NCBI GenBank assembly: GCA_000743035.1
Contig: CP008936.1
Location: 690,001 to 722,000 of the forward strand
Direction of reading: 5' to 3'
Source of the DNA: Candidatus Paracaedimonas acanthamoebae
GTDB taxonomy: Bacteria; Pseudomonadota; Alphaproteobacteria; Caedimonadales; Caedimonadaceae
Length of the DNA: 32,000 nt
Shown: positions 1 to 9,767 of the stretch, in pieces
How positions within the stretch are numbered: the first letter of the stretch is position 1
Layout: each line of letters starts with the position of its first letter
Position numbers and translations under genes: made by a program
Notes under the pieces: model-generated
Database searches by the model: none
What the model saw: only the letters and a program-made list of their open reading frames with translations
Told to the model about the DNA's origin: nothing

Positions 1-785
1 TCTTCTTTCAACGCCGTATTAATATTTTGTTGGGCTTGAATCTGGGTCAGGGCGCGAATTTGATCTCGGTAGAGAGCGGCTTTTTCATAATCTTGGTGTT
101 CACTGGCTTCATGCATACGTTGACTTAGGTTTTGTTGAAGTTCGTGCGATTTTCCTTCAAGAAATGCCTTGGTTTGATTAACATATTCTTTATAGTCAGG
201 GGCATTAATGTAGCGGGTACATGGAGCAGTACATCTCTTAATATGGTATTGTAAGCACGGCCTTTTTCGGCTTGCAAAAAAACTATCACTACATGAACGC
301 AGCTTAAAAATTCGATACATTGTGGTGAGTGTTTGATTTACAGCATAAGTAGAGGCAAAGGGGCCATAATAAATACCGGAAAGTGTTTTAGCACCTCGAT
401 GTTTTGTGAGGCGAGGCCATGCATGATCTGTCAATAAGATATATGAAAAAAACTTATTATCCTTCAATAGAATATTATAGCGAGGTTTAAGGCGCTTAAT
501 CAAATTGGCTTCAAGAAGTAGAGCCTCAACTTCTGTGTGTGTTGTAATAAATTCCATTGTGTGGGTTTCAGCCACCATACGTTGTAAACGATTGGGAAGG
601 CGGTATGCTTGTATATAGCTAAGGACTCTTTTCTTTAAGTTTTTGGCTTTCCCAACATATAAAACTTCTTCTTGTTGATTAATCATGCGGTAAACACCGG
701 GAGAAGACGTTAATGTCCTGGCATGCGTTGCAATGGTAGAAATACCTTGCTCTAAAGAAGTATGAAAAGCAGGAGAATGTGTCAT
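1..785 (-). CDS. uvrC: Excinuclease ABC subunit C (UvrC), N-terminal ~261 codons. The C-terminus lies beyond the window start.
   Basis: Absent from the ORF track because it is open at the window edge. Hand translation of the minus strand from the ATG at 785..783 gives MTHSPAFHTSLEQGISTIATHARTLTSSPGVYRMINQQEEVLYVGKAKNLKKRVLSY (GIY-YIG motif), RKRPCLQYHIKRCTAPC (UvrC Cys-rich segment) and EHQDYEKAALYRDQIRAL (UVR domain). An in-frame TAG 8 codons upstream fixes the start. Confidence 0.9.
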   Translation of the reverse strand, partial: MTHSPAFHTSLEQGISTIATHARTLTSSPGVYRMINQQEEVLYVGKAKNLKKRVLSYIQAYRLPNRLQRMVAETHTMEFITTHTEVEALLLEANLIKRLKPRYNILLKDNKFFSYILLTDHAWPRLTKHRGAKTLSGIYYGPFASTYAVNQTLTTMYRIFKLRSCSDSFFASRKRPCLQYHIKRCTAPCTRYINAPDYKEYVNQTKAFLEGKSHELQQNLSQRMHEASEHQDYEKAALYRDQIRALTQIQAQQNINTALKE

Positions 786-1018
786 AGGACCATTGTGTAA
801 TAGATCACCCTAATGTCAATCAAAAGATTGACCTCTCAACGCCCAAATAATATTTGGTTAATATAAAAGTTACAAAAATGAACCTTAAAGTCATCCCATA
901 CCAAGCAATATTTTCATCCCCAAAAATTGTGAATAAGTCTGTGGATAAAGCGTAGTATAAAGGCAAAATTCCTTGAAAGGACTTCAGCTAGCATTAAGTT
1001 GCTTAAATTTTATGCAAA

Positions 1019-1040
1019 TCAAAAAAAGGTTGGAAACCTT
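1019..1040 (-). terminator. Weak candidate rho-independent terminator downstream of the M23 peptidase gene
   Basis: The minus strand reads aaggtt-tcc-aacctt (6-bp stem) followed by a T8 run (plus-strand A-run at 1021-1027). The stem is short and AT-rich. Confidence 0.3.
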
Positions 1041-1231
1041 AAGTTTCTTTTTAAATCAAGTAAATTTTTTTCTTATGATAAAAAAAATGTGTTGACACAT
1101 AAAAGTATACAACAAGGCTTGTGCATAAGTTTTAATATTCTTTAGTATTCAAAGAAAAGTTGAAGAAGACTCTTGTAATTCTAGGATTAATAAATCTTAA
1201 CCTTTTTTCACTAATAACTTTTTTATAAGAG

Positions 1232-2578
1232 TTACGAGTTGGGTGCCGTAATAGGGGAGGTTCTTTGTCCAGGCGCTTTATTCTCCAGTGTTGATCGCTT
1301 CTCATAAAGAGTTTTATATTGTTGATCAATTTCCTCTTTATGCATCATAAAGTTTTTCAGTTCTTGTCCTATCAATTTGCCGGTAGGTAACATTTTGATG
1401 CTTGAGGGATTAATCTGAACATTATGACGTAAGAGCTCATAATGGAGGTGAGGACCAGTTGTACGCCCGGTTGCTCCAACGTACCCAATAATTTGCGCTT
1501 GCTTAACGCGTTTTCCAGGACTAATTCCTTTCGCAAATCGGCTTAAGTGCGCATAAGCAGTTGAAAATTCGCTATTATGCCGGATACGAATGTAATTTCC
1601 ATAGCTTGCCCATGGGCCAGCTTTTTCGATAACACCATCACCTGAAGCCATAATAGGCGTACCAGCAGGAGCGGCAAAATCCACACCTTTATGTTGTTTT
1701 GTGTATCCTAAAACAGGATGTCTCCGGTTTCCATATCCTGAGGAAATACGTGCACCATCAATAGGTGTTCGTAATAACCCTTTTCTCACGCTTTCACCTT
1801 TCTCATTAAAATATGCATAATCTCCACTTTCGGTTTTAAAACGATAAATAGAAATTTTTTTACCTTGTAAAGTTAGTGTTGCATAAAGAAGATCTCCTGC
1901 TTCCTCTCGGTGCGTATTGGGGTCAGAATAAAGATCAAATACTAATGCATACTCGTCGTTAGCATGGAAGCTTCTTTGAAAATCAATATCATAACTAAAT
2001 GCTTTAAGGGCTTCATGTAATATTCTTTTTGGAACGCCTTGTTTTCCTGCATCGACATAAAAACTGTCATGAACTTTCCCTGTTACTTCTTTGACAACGT
2101 GATCAAGTTTTACAGGAAGCTTTTCAACGATAAAAGTGCCGTTATCAGTGCGTGTTATCCAAATTTCTTCGTCAATTGAAGGCCGAAAATAAAGAGATTG
2201 TAAATCATAGAACTTTTGTTTTTCGGGAATTGGGATAAAAGTTATATAGATTTCATGGTCGGGACGTAAATCTTTGGGGTTAAAAACTTTTCTTAAAAGT
2301 TCTGCGATCTCATGTGCCTGGCTTTTCTCAATACCAGAAGTAACTAAGACGGATGTTAAGGTATCACCTTTATGAATGAAAAGAGTCTTTTCTTTTGGGC
2401 CTTTTTCTTCATCGGGGACAACTTTTTCTTCAGCAGAAGGAAGAGGTGTCGATTCAATAGGAATATAATTTTCAAGTTTTTCTTGACGATGAAGCCAGAA
2501 ATCATGCACAGCTATTGCAATAGCTAGCATTAAACACAAAATTGCGGCAAAAATACGTGCATTAATACGAAAATTCAT
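1232..2578 (-). CDS. M23-family (LytM-type) metallopeptidase, membrane-anchored
   Basis: 448-aa ORF with an N-terminal TM segment (IFAAILCLMLAIAIAV). The C-terminal M23 signature is HPVLGYTKQHKGVDFAAPAGTPI...GRTTGPHLHYEL. Confidence 0.9.
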   Translation of the reverse strand: MNFRINARIFAAILCLMLAIAIAVHDFWLHRQEKLENYIPIESTPLPSAEEKVVPDEEKGPKEKTLFIHKGDTLTSVLVTSGIEKSQAHEIAELLRKVFNPKDLRPDHEIYITFIPIPEKQKFYDLQSLYFRPSIDEEIWITRTDNGTFIVEKLPVKLDHVVKEVTGKVHDSFYVDAGKQGVPKRILHEALKAFSYDIDFQRSFHANDEYALVFDLYSDPNTHREEAGDLLYATLTLQGKKISIYRFKTESGDYAYFNEKGESVRKGLLRTPIDGARISSGYGNRRHPVLGYTKQHKGVDFAAPAGTPIMASGDGVIEKAGPWASYGNYIRIRHNSEFSTAYAHLSRFAKGISPGKRVKQAQIIGYVGATGRTTGPHLHYELLRHNVQINPSSIKMLPTGKLIGQELKNFMMHKEEIDQQYKTLYEKRSTLENKAPGQRTSPITAPNS

Positions 2579-2654
2579 TCATTCTTCGGAGCTTTGAATT
2601 AATTATTAGGAATTATTGATACTCTGAACCAAGCATGGAGTCTATGAGAAAATC

Positions 2655-3623
2655 ATGACTGAGGTCCGTAAATATATTATTGAATCCCAACATGCAGGTC
2701 TGCGCTTAGATCGCGTATTGGCCCAAAAATTTTTAGATCTTAGTCGTACGCGAATTAAGAGCCTTATTGAACAGGATAAAATTCTGGTTGGAGGGAAGCT
2801 CTGTCTCCCTTCATCTAAAGTAAAAGAAAATGATGAAGTCATAATTACCATTGAGCCCTCAGTCGATGCTGTTCCGAAGCCTCAATCTATTCCTTTAGAT
2901 ATCATTTACGAAGACCAAGACATCATTGTAATTAATAAGTCTGCAGGAATGGTTGTTCATCCTGCCCCTGGGAATTACGATCAAACCTTAGTTAATGCTC
3001 TTTTATCTCATTGTAAAGGATCGCTTTCAGGTATTTCTGGAGTTAAGAGACCTGGCATCGTTCATCGTTTAGATAAGGAAACAAGTGGGCTTCTTGTTGC
3101 TGCCAAGCATGATAAAGCCCATCAAGGGCTTGTGATTCAGTTTGCTAAACGAGCGTTAAAAAGACAATACTTTGCTCTTGTATGGGGAGTACTCAGTCCC
3201 TTTGAAGGGCTGATAGAAGGGAATATCGGCCGTAGCCCTCGGAATCGTCAAAAAATGGCATTATTAAAGGAAGGCGGTAAGGAGGCTAAAACTGGCTACA
3301 AGATTGAAGAGTTCTTTGGGCGATTTGCAAGTTTAGTTGAGTGTCAATTAGAAACAGGACGGACTCATCAGATCCGCGTTCATTTAGCGGCTAAGGGGCA
3401 TGGAATTATTGGTGATCCTCTTTATGGACGATCCCCTAAGGGATATGCAGATATTGTTCAAAAAATGAAAGATTTGACAAAGCAAAATTCTAGGCCTCTG
3501 CTTCATGCTTATTGCTTAACATTTGTTCATCCAACTACGCAGCAAGAAATGAAGTTTAAATGTGAACTACCGAGCGACTTTAAGGAGGCACTCACTATTT
3601 TAAAGAAAAATACTGATTTTTAG
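2655..3623 (+). CDS. rluD: RluA-family 23S rRNA pseudouridine synthase (RluD-like)
   Basis: 322 aa with an S4-like N-terminus (GLRLDRVLAQ), the catalytic motif VHRLDKETSGLLVAAK, and GRTHQIRVHL. It lies upstream of rpoH, as is common in alphaproteobacteria. Confidence 0.88.
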   Translation: MTEVRKYIIESQHAGLRLDRVLAQKFLDLSRTRIKSLIEQDKILVGGKLCLPSSKVKENDEVIITIEPSVDAVPKPQSIPLDIIYEDQDIIVINKSAGMVVHPAPGNYDQTLVNALLSHCKGSLSGISGVKRPGIVHRLDKETSGLLVAAKHDKAHQGLVIQFAKRALKRQYFALVWGVLSPFEGLIEGNIGRSPRNRQKMALLKEGGKEAKTGYKIEEFFGRFASLVECQLETGRTHQIRVHLAAKGHGIIGDPLYGRSPKGYADIVQKMKDLTKQNSRPLLHAYCLTFVHPTTQQEMKFKCELPSDFKEALTILKKNTDF

Positions 3624-3807
3624 GGTAAATTTAATAATTTCTTTAAGTACTAAGCAAGATTATAATTCGTCATAATACGGAAAAATTCTTCTATTGTTTT
3701 TTTATATAAACGCGTTATCCTGACTTGCAAAAAATGAGGTGCGTGTGTCTCCATCAAGCCAAAAAGAGTCTCAGGGTTCTCAAAATTTCCGTTATTTAAT
3801 CCCTAAT

Positions 3808-4680
3808 ATGAGTGATGAGAATAGTCTTTCTCACTTTGTTTTACTAGCTAAAAGGTTTCCTATTTTAGAGTCAGGTGAAGAATTTAAACTCGCGAAACGT
3901 TGGCATGAAGAGCAACATGAAGAATCTGCTCATGCTCTACTACAGAGCCATTTGCGTTTAGTAGTAAAGATAGCTTCAGGTTATCGCGGGTATGGGCTGC
4001 CTGCACATGATTTGCTTGCAGAAGGGAGTATAGGGATGATGCAAGCATTAAAACGTTTTGAACCTGATAAGGGGTTTCGATTTTCGACGTATGCGATGTG
4101 GTGGATTGATGCAACAATCAAAGAGTACATTCTGAAATCTTGGTCCCTTGTAAAAATAGGCACGACAGCAAGTCAGAAAAAACTTTTCTTTGGGTTAAGA
4201 GCTCTCAAAAACAAATTAATGGGACAAGGAAGTGAAGAAAATCGAGACGGTATTTTGTCAGAAGAGATGATACAAGAAGTTTCGCAAAAAATGAATGTTA
4301 CCCGTGAAGATGTGATCATGATGGATCAGCGAATGCAAGGACAAGAATTTTCATTGAATTCAGTTTTAAATATAGACACCGGGGGAGAGTGGCAAGATTG
4401 GCTTTTAGATGAAGCGGATAATCAAGAAGAACGTTTTGCGCATCAACAGGAATTTGAGAAACGACACGCATTGCTTAAAGAAGCTTTCAAAACACTCGAA
4501 AAACGAGAATTTGATGTTTTTATGGCTCGTCGCCTCGAAGAGCCGCCTAAAACTTTAGAAGAACTTTCTGAAGTCTATCAGATATCCCGCGAACGTATTC
4601 GTCAAATTGAAATGAAAGCCTTTGAAAAAATTCAAAAAGATGTTCATAAGTCAGCTAGGAAAATAGGGATTTTAAATTAA
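3808..4680 (+). CDS. rpoH: RNA polymerase sigma-32 (heat-shock sigma factor RpoH)
   Basis: RpoH-box-like SQKKLFFGLRALKNKL, region 2 (FRFSTYAMWWIDATIKEYI) and a region 4 HTH (TLEELSEVYQISRERIRQIE). The ORF track starts at GTG 3739. The ATG at 3808 (MSDENSL...) gives a typical ~290-aa RpoH, so I prefer it. Confidence 0.9.
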   Translation: MSDENSLSHFVLLAKRFPILESGEEFKLAKRWHEEQHEESAHALLQSHLRLVVKIASGYRGYGLPAHDLLAEGSIGMMQALKRFEPDKGFRFSTYAMWWIDATIKEYILKSWSLVKIGTTASQKKLFFGLRALKNKLMGQGSEENRDGILSEEMIQEVSQKMNVTREDVIMMDQRMQGQEFSLNSVLNIDTGGEWQDWLLDEADNQEERFAHQQEFEKRHALLKEAFKTLEKREFDVFMARRLEEPPKTLEELSEVYQISRERIRQIEMKAFEKIQKDVHKSARKIGILN

Positions 4681-4760
4681 AGTAGCCGCTATTCTTGATT
4701 GCTGAATCTACCCATCTTGAGATATAAGCAAAACAGATAAACTATAAATTTTGGCAGACA

Positions 4761-7700
4761 ATGAGCTTTAGTTATATACCTTTACGCAATCATTCAACTT
4801 ATTCTCTTGCAGAAGGTGCTATCAAGTTTGTTGAGCTTATTCAAAAGTGCCAAGAATTAAAACTACCTGCAATTGCTTTAACGGATACGGGAAATTTATT
4901 TGGGGTTGTTGAATTCTCAAAAATAGCTGCTAATGCAGGTATTCAACCCATTATTGGTTGCCAGCTATTAGTTGATCTTTATGATCAAGATCCTCGGGCT
5001 CAAGAAACACGGCTTCCAGGAATAGAGTCAGCTTTAGATACACTTTTGTTTTATGTTCAAAATGAAAAGGGATATAAGAATCTTTTAAAGTTAGTTTCTT
5101 ACTCATATTTACATCATAAAATCGGTTCGAAACCCTATGTGCCTTTTAATATGCTTGAGTCGTATAATGAAGGATTAATCGTACTATCTGGAGGCATGAA
5201 AGGAGGGGTTAATCAACTTCTTTTAAAAGGGCAGGGAATAGCTGCCAAAAATCTTCTGTTGAAGCTAAGTGAGATTTTCCCTAATCGGTTTTATGCCGAA
5301 ATTACAAGGCAAGGACTTCGTGAAGAAGAAGAGATAGAACCTTCTCTGCTTGAGCTCGTATTTGAATCTAATATACCTTTAGTTGCTACTAATGAGGCGT
5401 TTTTTTTAAATGAAGATATGTATGAGGCACATGATGCCTTATTGTGCATTGCTTCTGGTCGGTACGTCAATGAACTTAATCGACCACGTCTTACTCTAAA
5501 TCATCGGCTTAAATCCCCTGAAGAGATGAAAGCTTTATTTTCAGATCTTCCTGAAGCAATTGAAAATACTTTAAAAATTGCGCAACGCTGTGGGTTTATG
5601 GTCGAATCGCAAAAACCAATGCTCCCACCGTTCCCATCTGAAAAACCTGAACCAGAAGAATTACGTCTTCAAGCTGAGCGAGGACTCGAAAGTCGCTTAA
5701 AGGCACTTTTTTTTAAGGGAGATATCCCGCCTCAAGAAGTAGAAGCGATACGCCAGAGATATTTTGATCGCTTAGAACAAGAACTCAAAATCATTATTGG
5801 TATGGGGTATGCAGGCTATTACTTAATTGTTGCTGATTTTATTCAATGGGCAAATTCACAAGGAATTCCTGTAGGGCCAGGCCGTGGCTCAGGTGCAGGA
5901 TCGCTTGTTGCATGGGTATTAACAATTACGGGAATCGATCCTATTCGCTTTGGTTTGATTTTTGAGCGTTTTTTAAATCCTGAACGTATTTCAATGCCTG
6001 ACTTTGATATTGATTTTTGCCAGGATCGGCGAGATGAAGTTATCCGCTATGTTTGTGAGCGTTATGGCAATGATCGCGTTGCGCAAATTATTACCTTTGG
6101 AAAATTACAGGCACGGGCTGTTTTAAGAGACGTTGGGCGTGTACTTGGGATGCCTTATGGCCAGGTTGATCGTATTTGCAAGCTAATTCCTAATAATCCT
6201 GCAAATCCAATTACTCTTAAAGAGGCAGTTGTCCAAGATCCACAACTGCAGGGGATGGCAGCACAAGAAGAAATAGTTGCGCGTCTTTTAGATATAGGAA
6301 TGAAGCTTGAGGGGTTAAATAGGCACGCATCAACTCACGCGGCTGGTATCGTGATTGGGGATCGCCCTTTAGATGAATTAGTTCCTCTTTATTATGATGG
6401 TAAAAGCACAATTCCAGCAACACAGTTTAATTTGAAAGATGTTGAAACTGTTGGTTTGGTTAAATTCGACTTTTTAGGGCTAAAAACCTTAACAATTATT
6501 CAGAAAACAGTTGATATGATCAAAGCACGGGGAAAAGAAATTGTTATCTCTGAAATACCTTTAGATGACTCCAAAACTTTTGAAATGCTGAGGCGAGTTG
6601 AGACTGTAGGTATCTTCCAGCTTGAAGGATCAGGAATGCGAGATGTGCTGCGCCGCTTGCAACCCAGTCGTTTTGAAGAAATTATTGATCTTAATGCACT
6701 CTATCGTCCAGGACCTATGGATGATATCCCTCGTTATTTGGCTTGCAAACATGGAGAAGAAACAATCGACACTCTTCATCCAATGCTTGATGATATTCTG
6801 CGGATTACTTATGGCGTTATGGTTTATCAGGAGCAAGTCATTAAAATTGCTCAAGTCATGGGAGGGTATACCCTCGGAGGTGCAGATCTTCTTAGACGAG
6901 CAATGGGTAAAAAAATTAAAAATGAAATGGATGCGCAACGGCAGATATTTTTAAATGGAGCTCAACAAAAAGGTGTTGACGAAGCAACAGCTTCAAGAAT
7001 TTTTGATTTGATGGCCAAGTTTGCGGGTTATGGATTCAATAAATCACACTCAGCTCCTTATGCTTTAATTTCATATCAAACAGCCTTTCTAAAAGCAAAT
7101 TACCCAGTCCAGTTCATGGCTGCTACAATGACATATGATATTAACAACACCGATAAGCTAAGCTTTTATAGACAAGAGCTCAAGAGGATGAAGGTTGCTT
7201 TATTGCCTCCAGATATTAATGCTTCTATGCCATGGTTTTCAGTTGAAATAGATCATAATGGCCAAGAAGCTGTTAGGTATGCTTTAGCAGCAATTAAAAG
7301 TGTTGGTGAAGCTGCTATGCAAGAACTTGTAAATGAGCGTGAACGTGGAGGTCCATTTAAAGATATCATTGATTTTGCAAGGAGGCTTAACTCAAAGGTT
7401 GTAAATAAACGCTTATTAGAGGGGCTTATTCCCGCAGGTGTCTTTGATTCTTTAGACCTTAATCGTGCTCAATTGATGGCAAATGTAGATGTTATTCTTC
7501 GATATGTAGGTGAAGCACAAGCTGCTCAAAATAGCAATCAAGGAAGTTTATTTGCTCATGAACAGCCCGTCACAGCTTCATCGGTAAAATTTCAAGAAAC
7601 TGACCGTTGGACCCGTTTGGAAAGCTTACAACATGAATTTAATACGATTGGTTTCTATCTTTCTGCTCACCCATTAGATGTTTATGGAGATAGTCTTGAG

Positions 7701-8237
7701 CGCTTATACTTGATCTCTTCATCAGAATTTTATGACAATGCTCAGCGGCAAGAAGGTACTTCTTTCAGCGCCGCTGGAGTATTAATTAGTAAAAAGGAAC
7801 GCATCAGTAAGAATGGAAATAAATACGCGTTTATTACATTTTCAGATGCTACAGGTGTTTATGAAGTGACTGTTTTCTCAGAAGTATACCTCTCAGTACG
7901 AGAAAGTTTAGATATTGGTAAAACTTTTTTTATGAAACTGACAAGTCGTATTGAAGAAGAAAATATCAGACTCACAGTCACTTCATTAGAAGAATTAGAT
8001 AAAGTACTTGAGCGTTATCCTAAAACGCTTCAAATTTATATCCAAAATTCTATGGCGCTAGATAAGTGCAAAGTACTTTTGTCTAAGTGTGATCAAGGAA
8101 ATGGAGCTATTCAAATAATTGTGAAGCCTGCTGATCGAGAAGTTCATTTAACGCTCGATAAGAGATACGCTATTACGCCTCAACTTAAAGACGCTTTGGC
8201 ACTTATCCCCGGGATTGAAGCCATTAGAGATGTATAA
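4761..8237 (+). CDS. dnaE: DNA polymerase III alpha subunit
   Basis: 1158 aa with an N-terminal PHP domain (PLRNHSTYSLAEGA), the polymerase core (PDFDIDFCQDRRDEV, GYGFNKSHSAPYA) and a C-terminal OB fold. Confidence 0.97.
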   Translation: MSFSYIPLRNHSTYSLAEGAIKFVELIQKCQELKLPAIALTDTGNLFGVVEFSKIAANAGIQPIIGCQLLVDLYDQDPRAQETRLPGIESALDTLLFYVQNEKGYKNLLKLVSYSYLHHKIGSKPYVPFNMLESYNEGLIVLSGGMKGGVNQLLLKGQGIAAKNLLLKLSEIFPNRFYAEITRQGLREEEEIEPSLLELVFESNIPLVATNEAFFLNEDMYEAHDALLCIASGRYVNELNRPRLTLNHRLKSPEEMKALFSDLPEAIENTLKIAQRCGFMVESQKPMLPPFPSEKPEPEELRLQAERGLESRLKALFFKGDIPPQEVEAIRQRYFDRLEQELKIIIGMGYAGYYLIVADFIQWANSQGIPVGPGRGSGAGSLVAWVLTITGIDPIRFGLIFERFLNPERISMPDFDIDFCQDRRDEVIRYVCERYGNDRVAQIITFGKLQARAVLRDVGRVLGMPYGQVDRICKLIPNNPANPITLKEAVVQDPQLQGMAAQEEIVARLLDIGMKLEGLNRHASTHAAGIVIGDRPLDELVPLYYDGKSTIPATQFNLKDVETVGLVKFDFLGLKTLTIIQKTVDMIKARGKEIVISEIPLDDSKTFEMLRRVETVGIFQLEGSGMRDVLRRLQPSRFEEIIDLNALYRPGPMDDIPRYLACKHGEETIDTLHPMLDDILRITYGVMVYQEQVIKIAQVMGGYTLGGADLLRRAMGKKIKNEMDAQRQIFLNGAQQKGVDEATASRIFDLMAKFAGYGFNKSHSAPYALISYQTAFLKANYPVQFMAATMTYDINNTDKLSFYRQELKRMKVALLPPDINASMPWFSVEIDHNGQEAVRYALAAIKSVGEAAMQELVNERERGGPFKDIIDFARRLNSKVVNKRLLEGLIPAGVFDSLDLNRAQLMANVDVILRYVGEAQAAQNSNQGSLFAHEQPVTASSVKFQETDRWTRLESLQHEFNTIGFYLSAHPLDVYGDSLERLYLISSSEFYDNAQRQEGTSFSAAGVLISKKERISKNGNKYAFITFSDATGVYEVTVFSEVYLSVRESLDIGKTFFMKLTSRIEEENIRLTVTSLEELDKVLERYPKTLQIYIQNSMALDKCKVLLSKCDQGNGAIQIIVKPADREVHLTLDKRYAITPQLKDALALIPGIEAIRDV

Positions 8238-8943
8238 AAATTTTTGTTCATTGAATTATAATGTTAGATCCTCTCAGGCATCTATTGAATATCTTATTTA
8301 TCATTATACTGCTTGCGATTTTGCAACCTCGTTAAAGATTTTATGTAATGATAAAGCTGAATACCCTGTAAGCGCTCATTATTTAATCGATGAAAATGGT
8401 GATATTTATCAGCTTGTAGACGAAGATAAAAGAGCGTGGCACGCTGGAAAAAGTTCTTGGGAAGGGCGTGAAGACATTAATAGTTGGTCAATAGGAATTG
8501 AACTAGTTAATCCTGGTCATGGGCCTCATTATAGGCCTTTCCCTAAAGTTCAGATGGAAGCTTTAGCTCATCTTTCTTTACAGATAATTGATCGATATAA
8601 AATTAAACCATGGAATGTTCTAGGGCATGCAGATATAGCGCCAACACGTAAAATCGACCCTGGCGAGCTTTTTAATTGGAATTGGTTAGCATTACAGGGA
8701 ATAGGTATAATGCCATCCCTAGGAATAGTTTCAGCATCGAACGACTCACTAGAAATGATACAAGAATTATTAAAACAATATGGTTATGGTATTGATAGCC
8801 CAGATGGAAATGATAGCCATATTCAAGCTGTCGTCCGTGCATTTCAAATGCATTTCACACCATCACACATCACAAAACAACCTAATGTTGAAACATGCCA
8901 AGCTCTTTTAAGCTTGTTAGAGAAAAAAAATAAGAAAGGTTAA
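8230..8943 (+). CDS. N-acetylmuramoyl-L-alanine amidase (amidase_2 / AmpD-like) with a C-terminal peptidoglycan-binding-like domain
   Basis: SAHYLIDENGDIYQLVDEDKRAWHAGKSSWEG...SIGIELVN...GHADIAP.RKIDPG is the amidase_2 signature. The C-terminus (LLKQYGYGIDSPDGNDSHIQAVVRAFQMHF) looks like PG_binding_1. The track start is TTG 8215. The ATG at 8230 overlaps the dnaE stop (ATGTATAA) and is the likelier start. Confidence 0.85.
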   Translation: MYKNFCSLNYNVRSSQASIEYLIYHYTACDFATSLKILCNDKAEYPVSAHYLIDENGDIYQLVDEDKRAWHAGKSSWEGREDINSWSIGIELVNPGHGPHYRPFPKVQMEALAHLSLQIIDRYKIKPWNVLGHADIAPTRKIDPGELFNWNWLALQGIGIMPSLGIVSASNDSLEMIQELLKQYGYGIDSPDGNDSHIQAVVRAFQMHFTPSHITKQPNVETCQALLSLLEKKNKKG

Positions 8944-9767
8944 TTCCTCTTTTTTAATATTTTTGTTCGCCTGGTTCTTTAAGATCATTGGGATAAGATC
9001 AATGATGATGAAAAGGAAGGGATGAGTCTCCCGTCACGACTTCAAACATTTGACTTCCAATATTCATTTTTTCTGAGACTTCCGCTTACGCCAAGAATCA
9101 TAAAAACATCCTCTAAAGTCCAGAATCGAAATCTCTAAATAATTTCTTAAATAGAGGAAATTAAGGGTTTCTTTTAAAATGCTTTCTAATTGCTTTAATT
9201 GCTAGTTTCCTCATAAAGCCCTTATTTTAACTTCTTCACAATATCAAAGATCCAATTTTGATGTTTCTCTCTTTCCCTGGTACCAAGGGAAGGTAAGAAC
9301 TTTTCCCCCTATCTTCAACCTGAGTGAAGAATCAGAAGGTGTGGTGTACATCCCTGGATGTACGAATAGTGTTTCACTAAGTCATTTTTTTGTTTTTCTC
9401 TCTTTCTTCCTGTTTGTTCTTAACCTTGTTTTAGGGCGCAGAAACTCATTCGCTTAAATCTTTAAATCCAAGCCTCTTAAAACCTTTATTTCTTATCTTT
9501 TGCTAATAATTCTATTCTTCTTTATTCTTTTTCTTATCTATCGCATCTTAGCTTTCTCCCATGTTAAACGTTAAACCTACCTGTTTTTTATTTTATCTTA
9601 CATCGGGGTGATCAATCCCTTAGGCTCTCTCGAGAAGAATGTTGAAGGGCTTGCCAGCCATTCAACCCTCTCCATTAATAGTAACAAATTTCATTTAAAA
9701 ACTCAACCTTTTTCTGTTATAAATTTCAAGGAATTAAAAAAAGAACGCAAAAATAACTTCGATATGT

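Noticed and set aside
1132-1329. 65-aa minus-strand ORF overlapping the 3' end of the M23 peptidase gene
   Set aside because: It overlaps the M23 gene in a different frame, has no Shine-Dalgarno and has basic low-complexity content. It is probably spurious.
6217-6954. ORFs of 68, 110 and 102 aa (6217-6423 minus, 6622-6954 plus, 6630-6938 minus) inside dnaE
   Set aside because: They lie entirely within, or antisense to, a very strongly supported 1158-aa DnaE frame. They have low-complexity or odd composition and no motifs. They are typical shadow ORFs.
9318-9327. aacctgagt, a 9-nt match to the IS982 left inverted repeat, inside the long spacer. It raised the possibility of a solo IR or MITE.
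   Set aside because: A 9-mer match is close to chance expectation for 32 kb searched on two strands. I also found no partner repeat resembling the right IR nearby.
8944-9767. Searched the spacer by eye for two-piece alphaproteobacterial tmRNA, RNase P RNA, SRP RNA and tRNA-like T-loops
   Set aside because: None of the hallmarks is present in a suitable arrangement: no GGTTCGA-type T-arm, no ..CCACCA acceptor end, no GAGGAAAGTCC-type P4 motif and no Ala-rich tag ORF ending in AA-stop. The GGGGTGAT at 9604 has no matching partner elements.
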